Source of the DNA: Antedon mediterranea
Lineage: Eukaryota > Animalia > Echinodermata
Assembly (NCBI RefSeq): GCF_964355755.1
Contig: NC_092672.1
Coordinates: 25,240,437-25,304,436, forward strand
Length of the DNA: 64,000 nucleotides
Direction of reading: 5' to 3'
The translations under genes were made by a program, and so were the position numbers. Within the stretch, counting starts at the first letter, position 1, and each line of letters starts with the position of its first letter. Shown here in pieces: positions 1-12,205 of the stretch. The notes under the pieces are model-generated. The model saw only the letters and a list, made by a program, of their open reading frames with translations. It ran no database searches and had not been told where the DNA came from.

Positions 1-813
1 TAAAACGACGCATGCGACTAGAGTTGACTAGAGTTGACTCTGGATAACGAATTGGACAACGGTAAACTGGAAGAGTTGCAAATTACGGTGACCAACAACA
101 ACCGTATATTGTTATTGCATAAACAAGAAAAAAGAACCTATCACTGCGGTGCGGACATGAAGTATCCCATAACTTTGCACGGTGCCTTTTCCACACCGTG
201 CGCATCGGAGAAAAAGAATGGTGTTGCCACCGCCATTGCGAATATTGCCAAAACCAATTCAATCAACAAAACACTATTTGCTAGATTTGTTGGACGAGCG
301 ATGGAATCACATGCAAGCAGTGATTGGACTGCCATAATAAACATTCTTCAGATATCAGATCAAATGACGGTATTAAAAGAAAAATGTGAGTACAAACGAA
401 AACGAATCTTAAAAGATTCTCTAATGGACAAGTATCCATCAACGAGAAGTTTTATTAGTGATGTAAATAATCTACCCTCATCTAACATTGGCATTCAACA
501 ACTCGTAAGCCTATTGGAGCAGGCACGCCAAGATTTACGTGAAACAGAAACCAAATTGAGTACTTTACAAACACAATTCAATACCATGTTGATAGAATTC
601 CAAAATCACATCACCAAATCGGAAGAAAGAGAAATCAAATATCAACAAGTAATAGAAAATATGCAAAAACGAGAAACCGATATGGTTTCTACGTTTCAAG
701 ACAGTTTGCTTTCGATGGCCGATACTTTGCGTGATGAGATGCGCCAACAACTGACAAAACGAAAGCGTCTTCCTCAATGCGGCAATATTAAGAAAAAACA
801 ACGAATCCATTGA
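1..813 (+). pseudogene. Duplicate of the 3' half of the 6531-8105 gene, frameshifted by a 10-bp duplication
   Basis: Near-identical to 7303-8105, but ACTAGAGTTG is doubled at 17-36 and breaks the frame relative to the intact copy. Confidence 0.8.
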
Positions 814-1281
814 CTTTAAAAAAAAACAAAACATTGTTGTTGTTTTTGTAGTTTATTTTGTATTAGTAATTTTTTATTGTACAAATCAATGCCGTAATTG
901 TAGTAGTAGTAATAGTAGTAGTGATAATAATAATAATTAAACGTTTCATTATTTCTATTTATAATTTATTGTACAAATCAATGCAATTTTAACGTTGCGT
1001 CTACCTCAATATAATAGTAACAACGAATTCATTAAGAAAACTAAAAATTGTAGTGTAGTAATAATCAATTCAATGCCGCAACAAACATTGTAGTAATAGT
1101 AGTGATAATACAATTAAACGTTTGAAAGAAAAAAAAAATATTGTGTTTTTTCTCTCTTCCAACGCGATGACGACGACGACAGCATTTTATGTGATTGTGA
1201 GAATGTTGATGAAGAAATAAAGAGAGAGAGAGAGAGACATGGATACGGTTTGCTTAGACACCCATGGATATTGACACCGTC

Positions 1282-2071
1282 AGTCCAGTCAAAAAATCAC
1301 CCTCACCATGGTATAAGAACGTACCCTAATTAAATTTCATCCGTAGGTTCTATGTATATAGGTAATAACATTTCTTGATGGTTGCGTCTTGCAAAACTTG
1401 GGATTTTACGAGAAAATTAGACTTTTTATACCCAATTTATAACCGCCTCATGTCGTATTATTGTGTACAGCGAATGCGACGAAGCGTGACTGAAATTACG
1501 AGACGCCGTTAGCGCCCGTTGAAAAATGCATTAACAAAGCTAAAAACCTACAAAATTAATAGTTTATACAAAAATTTAAATATAGTTTACAATAAATTGT
1601 ATAATAAAATACATAAAATTATAAAGAAAACCCAATTATAAACTAAAATATTTACAGATATGTGTTTAAAAATGTACAAATCAAAATGGCCTTTCATAGA
1701 ATAAAGTGCGCCCTCACGCGTCATACTTTTATCGGACTTGTATGAATGATTATAATATACGAAACCCGATGCGGTTTGTTAGTTATTGCCTCTGCAAGAG
1801 GCAGAATATTATTATTATATTTTCACAAATATATTTCTAGTTTTTATTATGGAAAAAAAAAAGGATTGTATATATTTAAACACATTAAAACCTCCAGTCT
1901 ACCATCATGATGGATTAAGTGAAGCGCCGTATTGTATCTGCTAAACGGTAATGATCTCCTAGTTATCTGGTTAGCCTATATTCTGGACATTCTTTTTTTA
2001 ACAGCATTACTTGCGCGGATATCACAATGCATTGTTTATTCGCGATTATAGTCAATGTTAAGTTGAGTAAG
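1282..2071 (+). mobile_element. Truncated copy (left TIR plus internal part) of the 8574-9993 TIR element; another copy at ~3408-4218
   Basis: Starts AGTCCAGTCAAAAAATCACC and matches 8574-9389. Confidence 0.7.
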
Positions 2072-2599
2072 CCGCGCAATCAGTAACATGCATAACATGC
2101 CGTGCATTCATCGCGCGTTGTATAATTATTATACATGGTTTCTTAAATCCAAACACACTCTTATTCTAGAATGTTCATGTAGATACATACACCGTCTCTT
2201 TACCGATCGAGTTGATACGGTCGTGCAATCAATAAGAGGCATAACATGCCGTGCATTCATCGCGTGTTGTATACCGAGAGAACCAATTTAAAATATTGTT
2301 TACTTCGAGAAGAAGCAATACACCGTCTCTTTTTACCGATCGAGTTGATACGGTCGCGCAATCAGTAACAGGCATAACATGCCGTGCATGCATCGCGTGT
2401 TGTATATATACAATAATGTTTATAACTTTCCAGATCATACTTCTTATTCTATTCGATTACAGTTTCTAATGATAGCATCCTTCAGGAAACAGCGCGAGTC
2501 AATGTTTTCAAGCATTCAGTTCACCCAAACGGAGAGAGAACACTACCCGTTCTCTCTTCTTGTATACGATATGTTCGTAACCTTCTAGATGATACTTCT

Positions 2600-3180
2600 T
2601 ACTCTATTGGTATTACATTTTCTAATCATACTTTTGGAATGTTTCTGATTGTTCTTATAATAATTATTATACACGGTTTCTTAAAATCTAAACACATTCT
2701 AGAATGTCCATGTACATGTTACTGTATAATGTTGGAAAATTTTATGATGACGGTTAAACATATTCAATACCGAGTGGCAGAGGCACGCATTATAGGCGAG
2801 ATATATTATCTAACTTGCCGTTTAAGACAATTGCATTGGTTCGATGTATGAAATGACCCTTTAACAGTTGTATGACAAAACCATTCTTCAATACTCCCGC
2901 ACCAATGGACAATGCATGTCTCTTATTGTAAACGCTTTCAACTTGGTCATCTGTCATCATTGTTTAGAACAAAAAAGAGACAGAAAACTGGTACCCGTTT
3001 GCATTCATTGGATGTATGAAATGACCCTTTTAACAGTTTTATGAGAAAATTATTCTTCAATACACGCGCACCAAAGAGGACAGTGCGTGTCTGTTATTGT
3101 AAACGCATTCGACTTGGTCATCTGTCATCGATAATTCTTTAGAACAAAAAAGAGACAGAAAACTGGTACCCGTTTGCATT
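2600..3180 (-). pseudogene. Decayed leucine-rich-repeat-like coding sequence, locally amplified as ~180-bp repeats (also 4620-5780)
   Basis: Minus-strand reading MTKLKAFTIR..RMVLSYNC*RVISYIEPMQLS*TAS*IIYLAYN..MFN resembles LxxLxLxxNxIxxIxxxxF, with stops. Confidence 0.4.
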
Positions 3181-3329
3181 CGTTTAATCAATTCAATGCC
3201 GCAATTTGTAGTAATAGTAGTGATAATACAATTAAACGTTTGAAAGAAAAAAAAAAATATTGTGTTTTTTCTCTCTTCCAACGCGATGACGACGACGACA
3301 GAATGTTATGTGATTGTGAGAATGTTGAT

Positions 3330-3367
<38 letters not shown>

Positions 3368-5901
3368 GGATACGGTTTGCTTAGACACCCATGGATATTG
3401 AATGTTGAGTCCAGTCAAAAAATCACCCTCACCATGGTATAAGAACGTACCCTAATAAAATTTCATCCGTAGGTTCTATGTATATAGGTACGTAATAACA
3501 TTTCTTGATGGTTGCGTCTTGCAAAACTTGGGATTTTACGAGAAAATTAGACTTGTTATACCCAATTTATAACCGCCTCATGTCGTATTATTGTGTACAG
3601 CGAATGCGACGAAGCGTGACTGAAATTACGAGACGCCGTTAGCGCCCGTTGAAAAATGCATTAACAAAGCTAAAAACCTACAAAATTAATAGTTTATACA
3701 AAAATTTAAATATAGTTTACAATAAATTGTATAATAAAATACATAAAATTATAAAGAAAACCCAATTATAAACTAAAATATTTACAGATATGTGTTTAAA
3801 AATGTACAAATCAAAATGGCCTTTCATAGAATAAAGTGCGCCCTCACGCGTCATACTTTTATCGGACTTGTATGAATGATTATAATATACAAGGCATTAA
3901 TATACGAAACCCGATGCGGTTTGTTAGTTTATTGCCTCTGCAAGAGGCAGAATTTTATTATTATATTTTCACAAATGTATTTCTAGTTTTTATCATGGAA
4001 ACAAAAAAAGGATTGTATATATTTAAACACATTACAACCTCCAGTCTACCATCATGATGGATTAAGTGAAGCGCCGTATTGTATCTGCTAAAGCGTAATG
4101 ATCTCCTAGTTGTCTGGTTAGCCTATATTCTGGACATTCTTTTTTTAACAGCATTACTTGCGCGGATATCACAATGCATTGTTTATTCGCGATTATAGTC
4201 AATGTTAAGTTGAGTAAGCCGCGCAATCAGTAACATGCATAACATGCCGTGCATTCATCGCGCGTTGTATAATTATTATACATGGTTTCTTAAATCCAAA
4301 CACACTCTTATTCTAGAATGTTCATGTAGATACATACACCGTCTCTTTACCGATCGAGTTGATACGGTCGTGCAATCAATAAGAGGCATAACATGCCGTG
4401 CATTCGTCGCCTGTTGTATATATACAATAATGTTTATAACTTTCCAGATCATACTTCTTATTCTATTCGATTACAGTTTCTAATGATAGCATACTTCAGG
4501 AAACAGCGCGAGTCAATGTTTTCAAGCATTCAGTTCACCCAAACGGAGAGAGAACACTACCCGTTCCCTCTTCTTGTATACGATATGTTCGTAACCTTCT
4601 AGATGATACTTCTTACTCTATTGGTATTACAGTTTCTAATCATACTTTTGGAATGTTTCTGATTGTTCTTATAATAATTATTATACACGGTTTCTTAAAA
4701 TCTAAACACATTCTAGAATGTCCATGTACATGTTACTGTATAATGTTGGAAAATTTTATGATGACGGTTAAACATATTCAATACCGAGTGGCAGAGGCAC
4801 GCATTATAGGCGAGATATATTATCTAACTTGCCGTTTAAGACAATTGCATTGGTTCGATGTATGAAATGACCCTTTAACAGTTGTATGACAAAACCATTC
4901 TTCAATACTCCCGCACCAATGGACAATGCATGTCTCTTATTGTAAACGCTTTCAACTTGGTCATCTGTCATCATTGTTTAGAACAAAAAAGAGACAGAAA
5001 ACTGGTACCCGTTTGCATTCATTGGATGTATGAAATGACCCTTTTAACAGTTTTATGAGAAAATTATTCTTCAATACACGCGCACCAAAGAGGACAGTGC
5101 GTGGCTGTTATTGTAAACGCATTCAACTTGGTCATCTGTCATCGATAATTCTTTAGAACAAAAAAGAGACAGAAAACTGGTACCCGTTTGCATTTGGTCG
5201 ATATATGAAATGACCCTTTAACCGTTTTATGAGAAAATTATTCTTCAATACACCCAGCACAAAGGAGGACAGTGTATATCTCTTATTGTAAACGCATTCA
5301 ACTTGGTCATCATCAATCATTCGTTCGATAATTCTTTAGAACAAAAATAATAGATACTTTTGGAATGTTTTTATAATAATTATTATACACGGTTTCTTAA
5401 AATCTAAACACATTCTAGAATGTTCATTTAGATGTTACAGTATATAAAATTAGGAAATAGTAATTCATTACCTCTACCGCTCTCAATCACATGATATTCT
5501 TTTAACGAAGGAGGGTGAGTTGAAATTGGTTTAGAACTTGATACCAAGGTTCATTATACGATGGCAAACGATGCCAAAACATTTTCAATACCGATACAGT
5601 TGCCAAAGGTGCGCATTATAGGAGGCGCGTTATAATATCTAACTTGCCGTTTAAGACAATTGCATTCATTCGATGTATGAAATGATCTTTAACAATTTTA
5701 TGACAAAACTATTCTTCAATACCCACGCACCAAGGACAGTGCATGTATTTTATTGTAAACGCATTAAACTTGGTCATTTCTTATTTATATGCACATATTA
5801 TTTATTTTTGAAAAAAAAAAAAAACATAATCATTCAACAACAACAACGCTGTTATATATGTATTATCAAATACAAATGTTTTCAACTGCCTCTCGCTTGA
5901 A

Positions 5902-6305
5902 TCACATGATGTCTTGTAACGAAGGAGGGTGAGTGGAATGATTAGGTAGACTTGAGTTCAAGGTCCATATGATGCAAACGACGACGATGATGATGATTCC
6001 AAACAGCAATCCTGCAATAGACCATCTCTTTGCCGATCGTGCTGATCTGGCTGCACCCTCACCGTCACCGTAGTCGAACTTTCTCGAACTCTGTAAAAGT
6101 AAAAGAATAGAAACTAAAATAGATTAAAAAAAATTTAAAAAAAAGTGGTGATGGGATGAGGTTGTAGAGGAAATAGATTACTTACATCTACGCTGTACAC
6201 GATTCCTATAATACCGAATGGAATACAGCATAATAAAGTCACGAGTATAGCTGAAATCAGGTAATTGTTAGGTCTTCTCGCCACTATACGGGAAACAGAT
6301 TGCAT
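5902..6305 (-). CDS. CD225/dispanin (IFITM/PRRT-like) membrane protein, two exons (6305-6186, 6090-5902), 102 aa
   Basis: Exon 1 RRPNNYLISAILVTLLCCIPFGIIGIVYSVD; GTAAG...TTTTACAG phase-0 intron 6185-6091; exon 2 SSRKFDYGDGEGAARSARSAKRWSIAGLLFGIIII completes the CD225 domain. Confidence 0.88.
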
Positions 6306-6468
6306 GACAAAAGCATTCTCTTTCTCTCCAATGTACACGTACACAAATACACTCTAATCGATACTCTTATTGCATTACGAAAAACAGCAGCGTGAACAAA
6401 AAAAAAAACAAAAAAACAACGCATCATCTTCAAATGGTAGTCAACACCGCTTATTCAAGCTGGACGTT

Positions 6469-6523
6469 GATTGGCTGTTTGGGTCTTTATATACGTTAAC
6501 TCGCTCACCGTGCATTCGTCAGT
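6469..6523 (+). promoter_or_regulatory. Pol II promoter: inverted CCAAT, TATA box and TCAGT initiator
   Basis: ATTGG at 6470, TATATA at 6488, TCAGT at 6519-6523, ATG at 6531. Confidence 0.6.
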
Positions 6524-6530
6524 AGTCATC

Positions 6531-8105
6531 ATGGATCATTGCGATATGGACATGTTTTTAGAAAACCTATTAGCGTTCGATTCAACAGACGACGACATAT
6601 TAAAGACGGCAATGTTGGAATTGCAAGACCCGGTCGAACCAGTTTTCATGGAGTACCAACAAGAAGATGATATAGCATCAGAACAACAACCACACCCATC
6701 ACCACCACCACCGACGCCGCAAGAATCAACAAAGGCAAACACGATGATAAATGTTCGAGGCAGTCTCGGTAAACTAATTGCTTTCTGCGATGGATCTGAA
6801 CATACACTAACGCAATCATACGGTCGAATGATCGGATCTTTGCAAAAGGCAAAAGGACGCATGCACGAGATGCCAATGTTATTGATGTGTACGGACGGTG
6901 AAGAAGAGTACGCGGTTGTTGCAAGTGTTCTGGAATCATCGCGACTTGTCGAATCTACAATTGAAAATCAAGTCATGAGTGTACTTGGAGAAGACAATAG
7001 GAAAACAATAATGCAGCAATACGGTAGGGACAACGTGTTTATGAACGTTTCTTCACGAAATAAAAACTGTGTTGCTGACTTTGTCGGCGCCGATGTATCG
7101 ACGATGCCCGTGCCGATTTTTGACATAATAAATGGCGACGTGAAACGTATTTGTTTCTATATGGCACTCGGCTGTCTCTACAGTCCACAATGCGATGATG
7201 ATGTTGCGTCGTCGTCGTCGTCGTCGTCGCCGCCGATGAATGGCGTTCGACTTAGAACTCCAAATGGAGTTGTCTATACGGCCGCCATCATGCCGATAAC
7301 TGTAAAACGACGCATGCGACTAGAGTTGACTCTGGATAACGAATTGGACAACGGTAAACTGGAAGAGTTGCAAATTACGGTGACCAACAACAACCGTATA
7401 TTGTTATTGCATAAACAAGAAAAAAGAACCTATCACTGCGGTGCGGACATGAAGTATCCCATAACTTTGCACGGTGCCTTTTCCACACCGTGCGCATCGG
7501 AGAAAAAGAATGGTGTTGCCACCGCCATTGCGAATATTGCCAAAACCAATTCAATCAACAAAACACTATTTGCTAGATTTGTTGGACGAGCGATGGAATC
7601 ACATGCAAGCAGTGATTGGACTGCCATAATAAACATTCTTCAGATATCAGATCAAATGACGAAATTAAAAGAAAAATGTGAGTACAAACGAAAACGAATC
7701 TTAAAAGATTCTCTAATAGACAAGTATCCTTCAACAAGAGGTTTTGTTAGTGATGTAAATAATTTACCCTCATCTAACATTGGCATTCAACAACTGATAA
7801 GCCAATTGGAGCAGGCACGCCAAGATTTACGCGAAACAGAGACCAAATTGAGTACTTTACAAACACAATTCAATAACATGTTGATAGAATTCCAAAATCA
7901 CATCACCAAATCGGAAGAAAGAGAAATCAAATATCAACAAGTAATAGAAAATATGCAAAAACGAGAAACCGATATGGTTTCTACGTTTCAAGACAGTTTG
8001 CTTTCGATGGCCGATACTTTGCGTGATGAGATGCGCCAACAACTGACAAAACGAAAGCGTCTTCCTCAATGCGGCAATATTAAGAAAAAACAACGAATCC
8101 ATTGA
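6531..8105 (+). CDS. Hypothetical 524-aa nuclear protein (acidic N-terminus, C-terminal coiled coil, KRKR/KKKQR NLS)
   Basis: Long ORF; ATG directly after the TATA-Inr; heptads in LEQARQDLRETETKLSTLQTQF. Confidence 0.8.
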   Translation: MDHCDMDMFLENLLAFDSTDDDILKTAMLELQDPVEPVFMEYQQEDDIASEQQPHPSPPPPTPQESTKANTMINVRGSLGKLIAFCDGSEHTLTQSYGRMIGSLQKAKGRMHEMPMLLMCTDGEEEYAVVASVLESSRLVESTIENQVMSVLGEDNRKTIMQQYGRDNVFMNVSSRNKNCVADFVGADVSTMPVPIFDIINGDVKRICFYMALGCLYSPQCDDDVASSSSSSSPPMNGVRLRTPNGVVYTAAIMPITVKRRMRLELTLDNELDNGKLEELQITVTNNNRILLLHKQEKRTYHCGADMKYPITLHGAFSTPCASEKKNGVATAIANIAKTNSINKTLFARFVGRAMESHASSDWTAIINILQISDQMTKLKEKCEYKRKRILKDSLIDKYPSTRGFVSDVNNLPSSNIGIQQLISQLEQARQDLRETETKLSTLQTQFNNMLIEFQNHITKSEEREIKYQQVIENMQKRETDMVSTFQDSLLSMADTLRDEMRQQLTKRKRLPQCGNIKKKQRIH

Positions 8106-8573
8106 CTTTAAAAAAAAACAAACATTGTTGTTGTTTTTGTAGTAATTTTGTTGTTGTTAGTAATTTTTTATTGTACAAATCAATGCCGTAATTGTAGTAG
8201 TAGTAATAGTAGTAGTGATAATAATAATAATTAAACGTTTCATTATTTCTATTTATAATTTATTGTACAAATCAATGCAATTTTAACGTTGCGTCTACCT
8301 CAATATAATAGTAACAACGAATTCATTAAGAAAACTAAAAATTGTAGTGTAGTAATAATCAATTCAATGCCGCAATTTGTAGTAATAGTAGTGATAATAC
8401 AATTAAACGTTTGAAAGAAAAAAAAAATATTGTGTTTTTTCTCTCTTCCAACGCGATGACGACGACGACGACAGAATTTTATGTGATTGTGAGAATGTTG
8501 ATGAAGAAATAAAGAGAGAGAGAGAGAGACATGGATACGGTTTGCTTAGACACCCATGGATATTGACACCGTC

Positions 8574-9993
8574 AGTCCAGTCAAAAAATCACCCTCACCA
8601 TGGTATAAGAACGTACCCTAATTAAATTTCATCCGTAGGTTCTATGTATATAGGTAATAACATTTCTTGATGGTTGCGTCTTGCAAAACTTGGGATTTTA
8701 CGAGAAAATTAGACTTTTTATACCCAATTTATAACCGCCTCATGTCGTATTATTGTGTACAGCGAATGCGACGAAGCGTGACTGAAATTACGAGACGCCG
8801 TTAGCGCCCGTTGAAAAATGCATTAACAAAGCTAAAAACCTACAAAATTATAAGTTTATACAAAAATTTAAATATAGTTTACAATAAATTGTATAATAAA
8901 ATACATAAAATTATAAAGAAAACCCAATTATAAACTAAAATATTTACAGATATGTGTTTAAAAATGTACAAATCAAAATGGCCTTTCATAGAATAAAGTG
9001 CGCCCTCACGCGTCATACTTTTATCGGACTTATATGAATGATTATAATATACAAGGCATTAATATACGAAACCCAATGCGGTTTGTTAGTTATTGCCTCT
9101 GCAAGAGGCAGAATATTATTATTATATTTTCACAAATATATTTCTAGTTTTTATTATGGAAAAAAAAAAAGGATTGTATATATTTAAACACATTAAAACC
9201 TCCAGTCTACCATCATGATGGATTAAGTGAAGCGCCGTATTGTATCTGCTAAAGCGTAATGATCTCCTAGTTATCTGGTTAGCCTATATTCTGGACATTC
9301 TTTTTTTAACAGCATTACTTGCGCGGATATCACAATGCATTGCATATTTTGAACTATCATTCGCGATTATAATCTTAATTAGAGTAAGAACCAATTATTT
9401 AAGGATAATCCATTTCGCGTAGGCGCGCCTCCTATACGAAAGATACTACCTCAAGTAGACCTACTTTCACTTTCCAACAATTATTAAGAGCGTATCAAAG
9501 GGGCTGGTTGGCATTCGTCTGAATCAACATTTTTCATTTTCCACTTTCACCCGCCGCCACCCACCGCTGCCCACTGCCAATGGGGAGGAGGAGCCGGTTT
9601 GATCCTCTCTGAATCCGTCTGGCCTTCACATCGTACCGATGTGTGAAGTTTGAGCCAATAAACTTCATTCATGACGATTCTTTAAGTTCGAAGTCGTCTT
9701 CCAGAATTCAAAGCATTCTAAAGTTAAAGTGTTTTTCCACTAAATAAAAGAGAGTGAGAATGTTGGAGTGTGATGTAAGATTCGCGAGAAACTACATACT
9801 GTATTACCCAATTCTCCTTTTTTAAGTATTAAATACTTTCTAATAATATTAAGTCTAATTTTCTCGTAAAATCCCAAGTTTTGCAAGACGCAACCATCAA
9901 GAAATGTTATTACCTATATACATAGAACCTACGGATGAAATTTTATTAGGGTACGTTCTTATACCATGGTGAGGGTGATTTTTTGACTGGACT
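8574..9993. mobile_element. Non-autonomous DNA transposon with ~140-bp terminal inverted repeats
   Basis: 8574-8716 is the reverse complement of 9851-9993 (AGTCCAGTCAAAAAATCACC...GGTGATTTTTTGACTGGACT). No TSD evident. Confidence 0.75.
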
Positions 9994-10320
9994 AAAATAA
10001 TCCATTAATCAATAAAAATTATGCATTTTTAATTGTTGATTTTATATATGAAGATGATAATAAAATTAAAAGAAATTAAAGTGTAATCTTTATTCGTATT
10101 AATAATAATAAATAATAAATAACATTTATAAAGCGCAAGAGACTAAGGTTTCATTGTTTAAGGGTGTAAAATCTTCAAAGGCTGTTTTCTAATTGTTGAT
10201 AATCTATTGAATTCGGAAGTGCTTTGTTGAATTCGGAAGTGCTTTGTTGAAATCGGGTCATATCTTAATTGCCTTGAAAGAAATTATAAAGCAAGTTACA
10301 TTATTTTTTCGAAAGCTTAA
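9994..10320 (+). mobile_element. Internal fragment of the 17340-18486 MITE family, with a short retroelement 3' tail inserted at ~10100-10150
   Basis: Shares AAAATAATCCATTAATC...CTTAATTGCCTTGAAAGAAATTATA with 17694-18450 and 58543-58855. Confidence 0.65.
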
Positions 10321-11081
10321 AGAATGGAGATTAATATTATAATAATAATAAAAAAATATTTAATTGTGCTACATGATAGTGTACTTTCTAATTATACAAA
10401 CCTAACCCTCTAAATAATCTCTCTCAACTATTGAAAAAAAAAAAATGCATGTCCTTGACACACCTTGAACCGATGGCTGTGTGCAACGTTAAAGTCACTA
10501 GACTAAACATTTCGGTTGGCAAAACATGTTTACACAAGATACTCTATATAGCACACTCTATACTATATGTACATCATTTCTGCAGACAGAAACGTATACC
10601 GAACTTGCTATAGTTTTATAGAAAGATACCTCTTGACAGTAACACTAAATCGTAGTAACAACGAATCCATTGAGAAAACTTAAAATTATATAGTGTAGTA
10701 GTAATCAATTCAATGCAGCAATAAACATTGTAGTAATAGTACAGTAGTGACAATAAAATTAAACGTTTGAAAGAAAAAAATATATATTGTGTTTTTCTCT
10801 CTTTCAACGTGATGACGACGACAGAATGTTATGACTATAAATGTGATTGAGAATGTCGAGGGAGGAGAGAGAGAGAGAGAGAGAGTGAGAAATACATGGA
10901 TTCGTTTGTTTATACACGCATAAATACTGTATGTTGTATCGTCAGCACTATTTGTTTGCTATTGATTCTGTTATTAATAGCATTGGTCGTACATTACGCG
11001 AGAATATTAACAAAAAAAAAAAGCACCTTCCATTTACAAACCAAACACAGTAAACAAACACTAATTGTATAATAATAAACT

Positions 11082-11468
11082 ATGATTCTAGAAGTCAAAA
11101 CTATCACTATCACTTTGTTGACAATCGTATGCATAACGTTGCTACTTGTCTACGTGTCCTGTGGAAGAAATAGCGCATGCAACGAACGGTTGTGTGGCAT
11201 CAGTGGACGAATGGAGTACGATGGTGTATCGAAATATTGCGTGTGTGTAGGCGATGGCGTCTCCGGAGCCGTGTGCAAACAATCGATTCCTAAAACAACA
11301 GTAAACTGCACGACGTGTACAGCGCATAATGGCCGATGTGTATACTCTGACGCCGCAGACGGTAACTATTGCGTGTGTCCCAACGATCGTTTCGGATTCT
11401 CGTGTGAGTATCGGTACGTCGGTGGTGTATCGGCAGCGATGTTAGCGTACGTTCAGGCTTGTCTCTAA
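11082..11468 (+). CDS. Secreted or membrane-anchored protein with two EGF-like modules
   Basis: Hydrophobic N-terminus; YCVCVGDGVSGAVC and HNGRC...YCVCPNDRFGFSCE follow EGF cysteine spacing. Confidence 0.75.
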   Translation: MILEVKTITITLLTIVCITLLLVYVSCGRNSACNERLCGISGRMEYDGVSKYCVCVGDGVSGAVCKQSIPKTTVNCTTCTAHNGRCVYSDAADGNYCVCPNDRFGFSCEYRYVGGVSAAMLAYVQACL

Positions 11469-11509
11469 AAAAACAAAACAAAAAAACCACCGCACACACG
11501 CACTACACT

Positions 11510-12205
11510 ATGGGCATTAAACTGGCCTTGTTCGAATGCGCTTATCGATGGTTGCCCATTCAACCGTATTTCTACATATCTATCATACTTTTCATAACGT
11601 TCAGTCTCATCAGTTATGTCATCGTAGCGTCCAGAGCCATCGTCGGCAACGTATGTAAAGTATTGTCCGCTGTAACGAAACAAGTGGAGCGAATCATCAT
11701 CAGTCAAGCCAAGAAGAAAAGTTTACGCGTGTACATGCATCAATTCCAGGCTCTGTGGCACACCATCGACGGATGCGAAGCTTTTCAAACTTGGTATCAA
11801 GTCGTACGTTACGGATTTCACAGAACGATGGGATACGTTTTCTGTGACAAAATGCGATGGTTTTACTCGATAACGTTCACTCGTTATCTTGTCTATTATC
11901 CAATGAATCTACTCGTATGGCAACCGACGCACGGTGACTGCTCCGTCAGTTATCAGGACGATATCTGCTTTGCCTTTCATCTAAATCTAATCTTGGACGT
12001 GATTCGGCGATATCTTATCATATCCGTCGTGGTTTTGTACAATACTTGGCCTCTCGTCTCTCATTATATGGCCACATTAAAACGCATCTTTAGAACTTTG
12101 CATCGAGAAATGTGCTATCAGTTGCACAGACTTGATCCCGGCGGTCATTCTTTGACGCGCGGACGCTTTGCAAAACGAATCAAACATTTTTTTCACTTTG
12201 ATTGA
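11510..12205 (+). CDS. Hypothetical membrane protein
   Basis: ORF with hydrophobic segments (YFYISIILFITFSLISYVIV); first ATG at 11510. Confidence 0.7.
   Translation: MGIKLALFECAYRWLPIQPYFYISIILFITFSLISYVIVASRAIVGNVCKVLSAVTKQVERIIISQAKKKSLRVYMHQFQALWHTIDGCEAFQTWYQVVRYGFHRTMGYVFCDKMRWFYSITFTRYLVYYPMNLLVWQPTHGDCSVSYQDDICFAFHLNLILDVIRRYLIISVVVLYNTWPLVSHYMATLKRIFRTLHREMCYQLHRLDPGGHSLTRGRFAKRIKHFFHFD

Larger units (their letters stand above)
1065..5192. repeat. Tandem duplication, ~2.15-kb unit x2; first ~1 kb recurs at ~8355-9389
   Basis: Matching sequence at offset 2147 (2088 vs 4235, 2639 vs 4653 after an indel); the same small ORFs recur. Confidence 0.9.

Noticed and set aside
2088-5900. Short ORFs in the left duplicated region
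   Set aside because: Low-complexity products inside repeats or TE fragments, with no family features.
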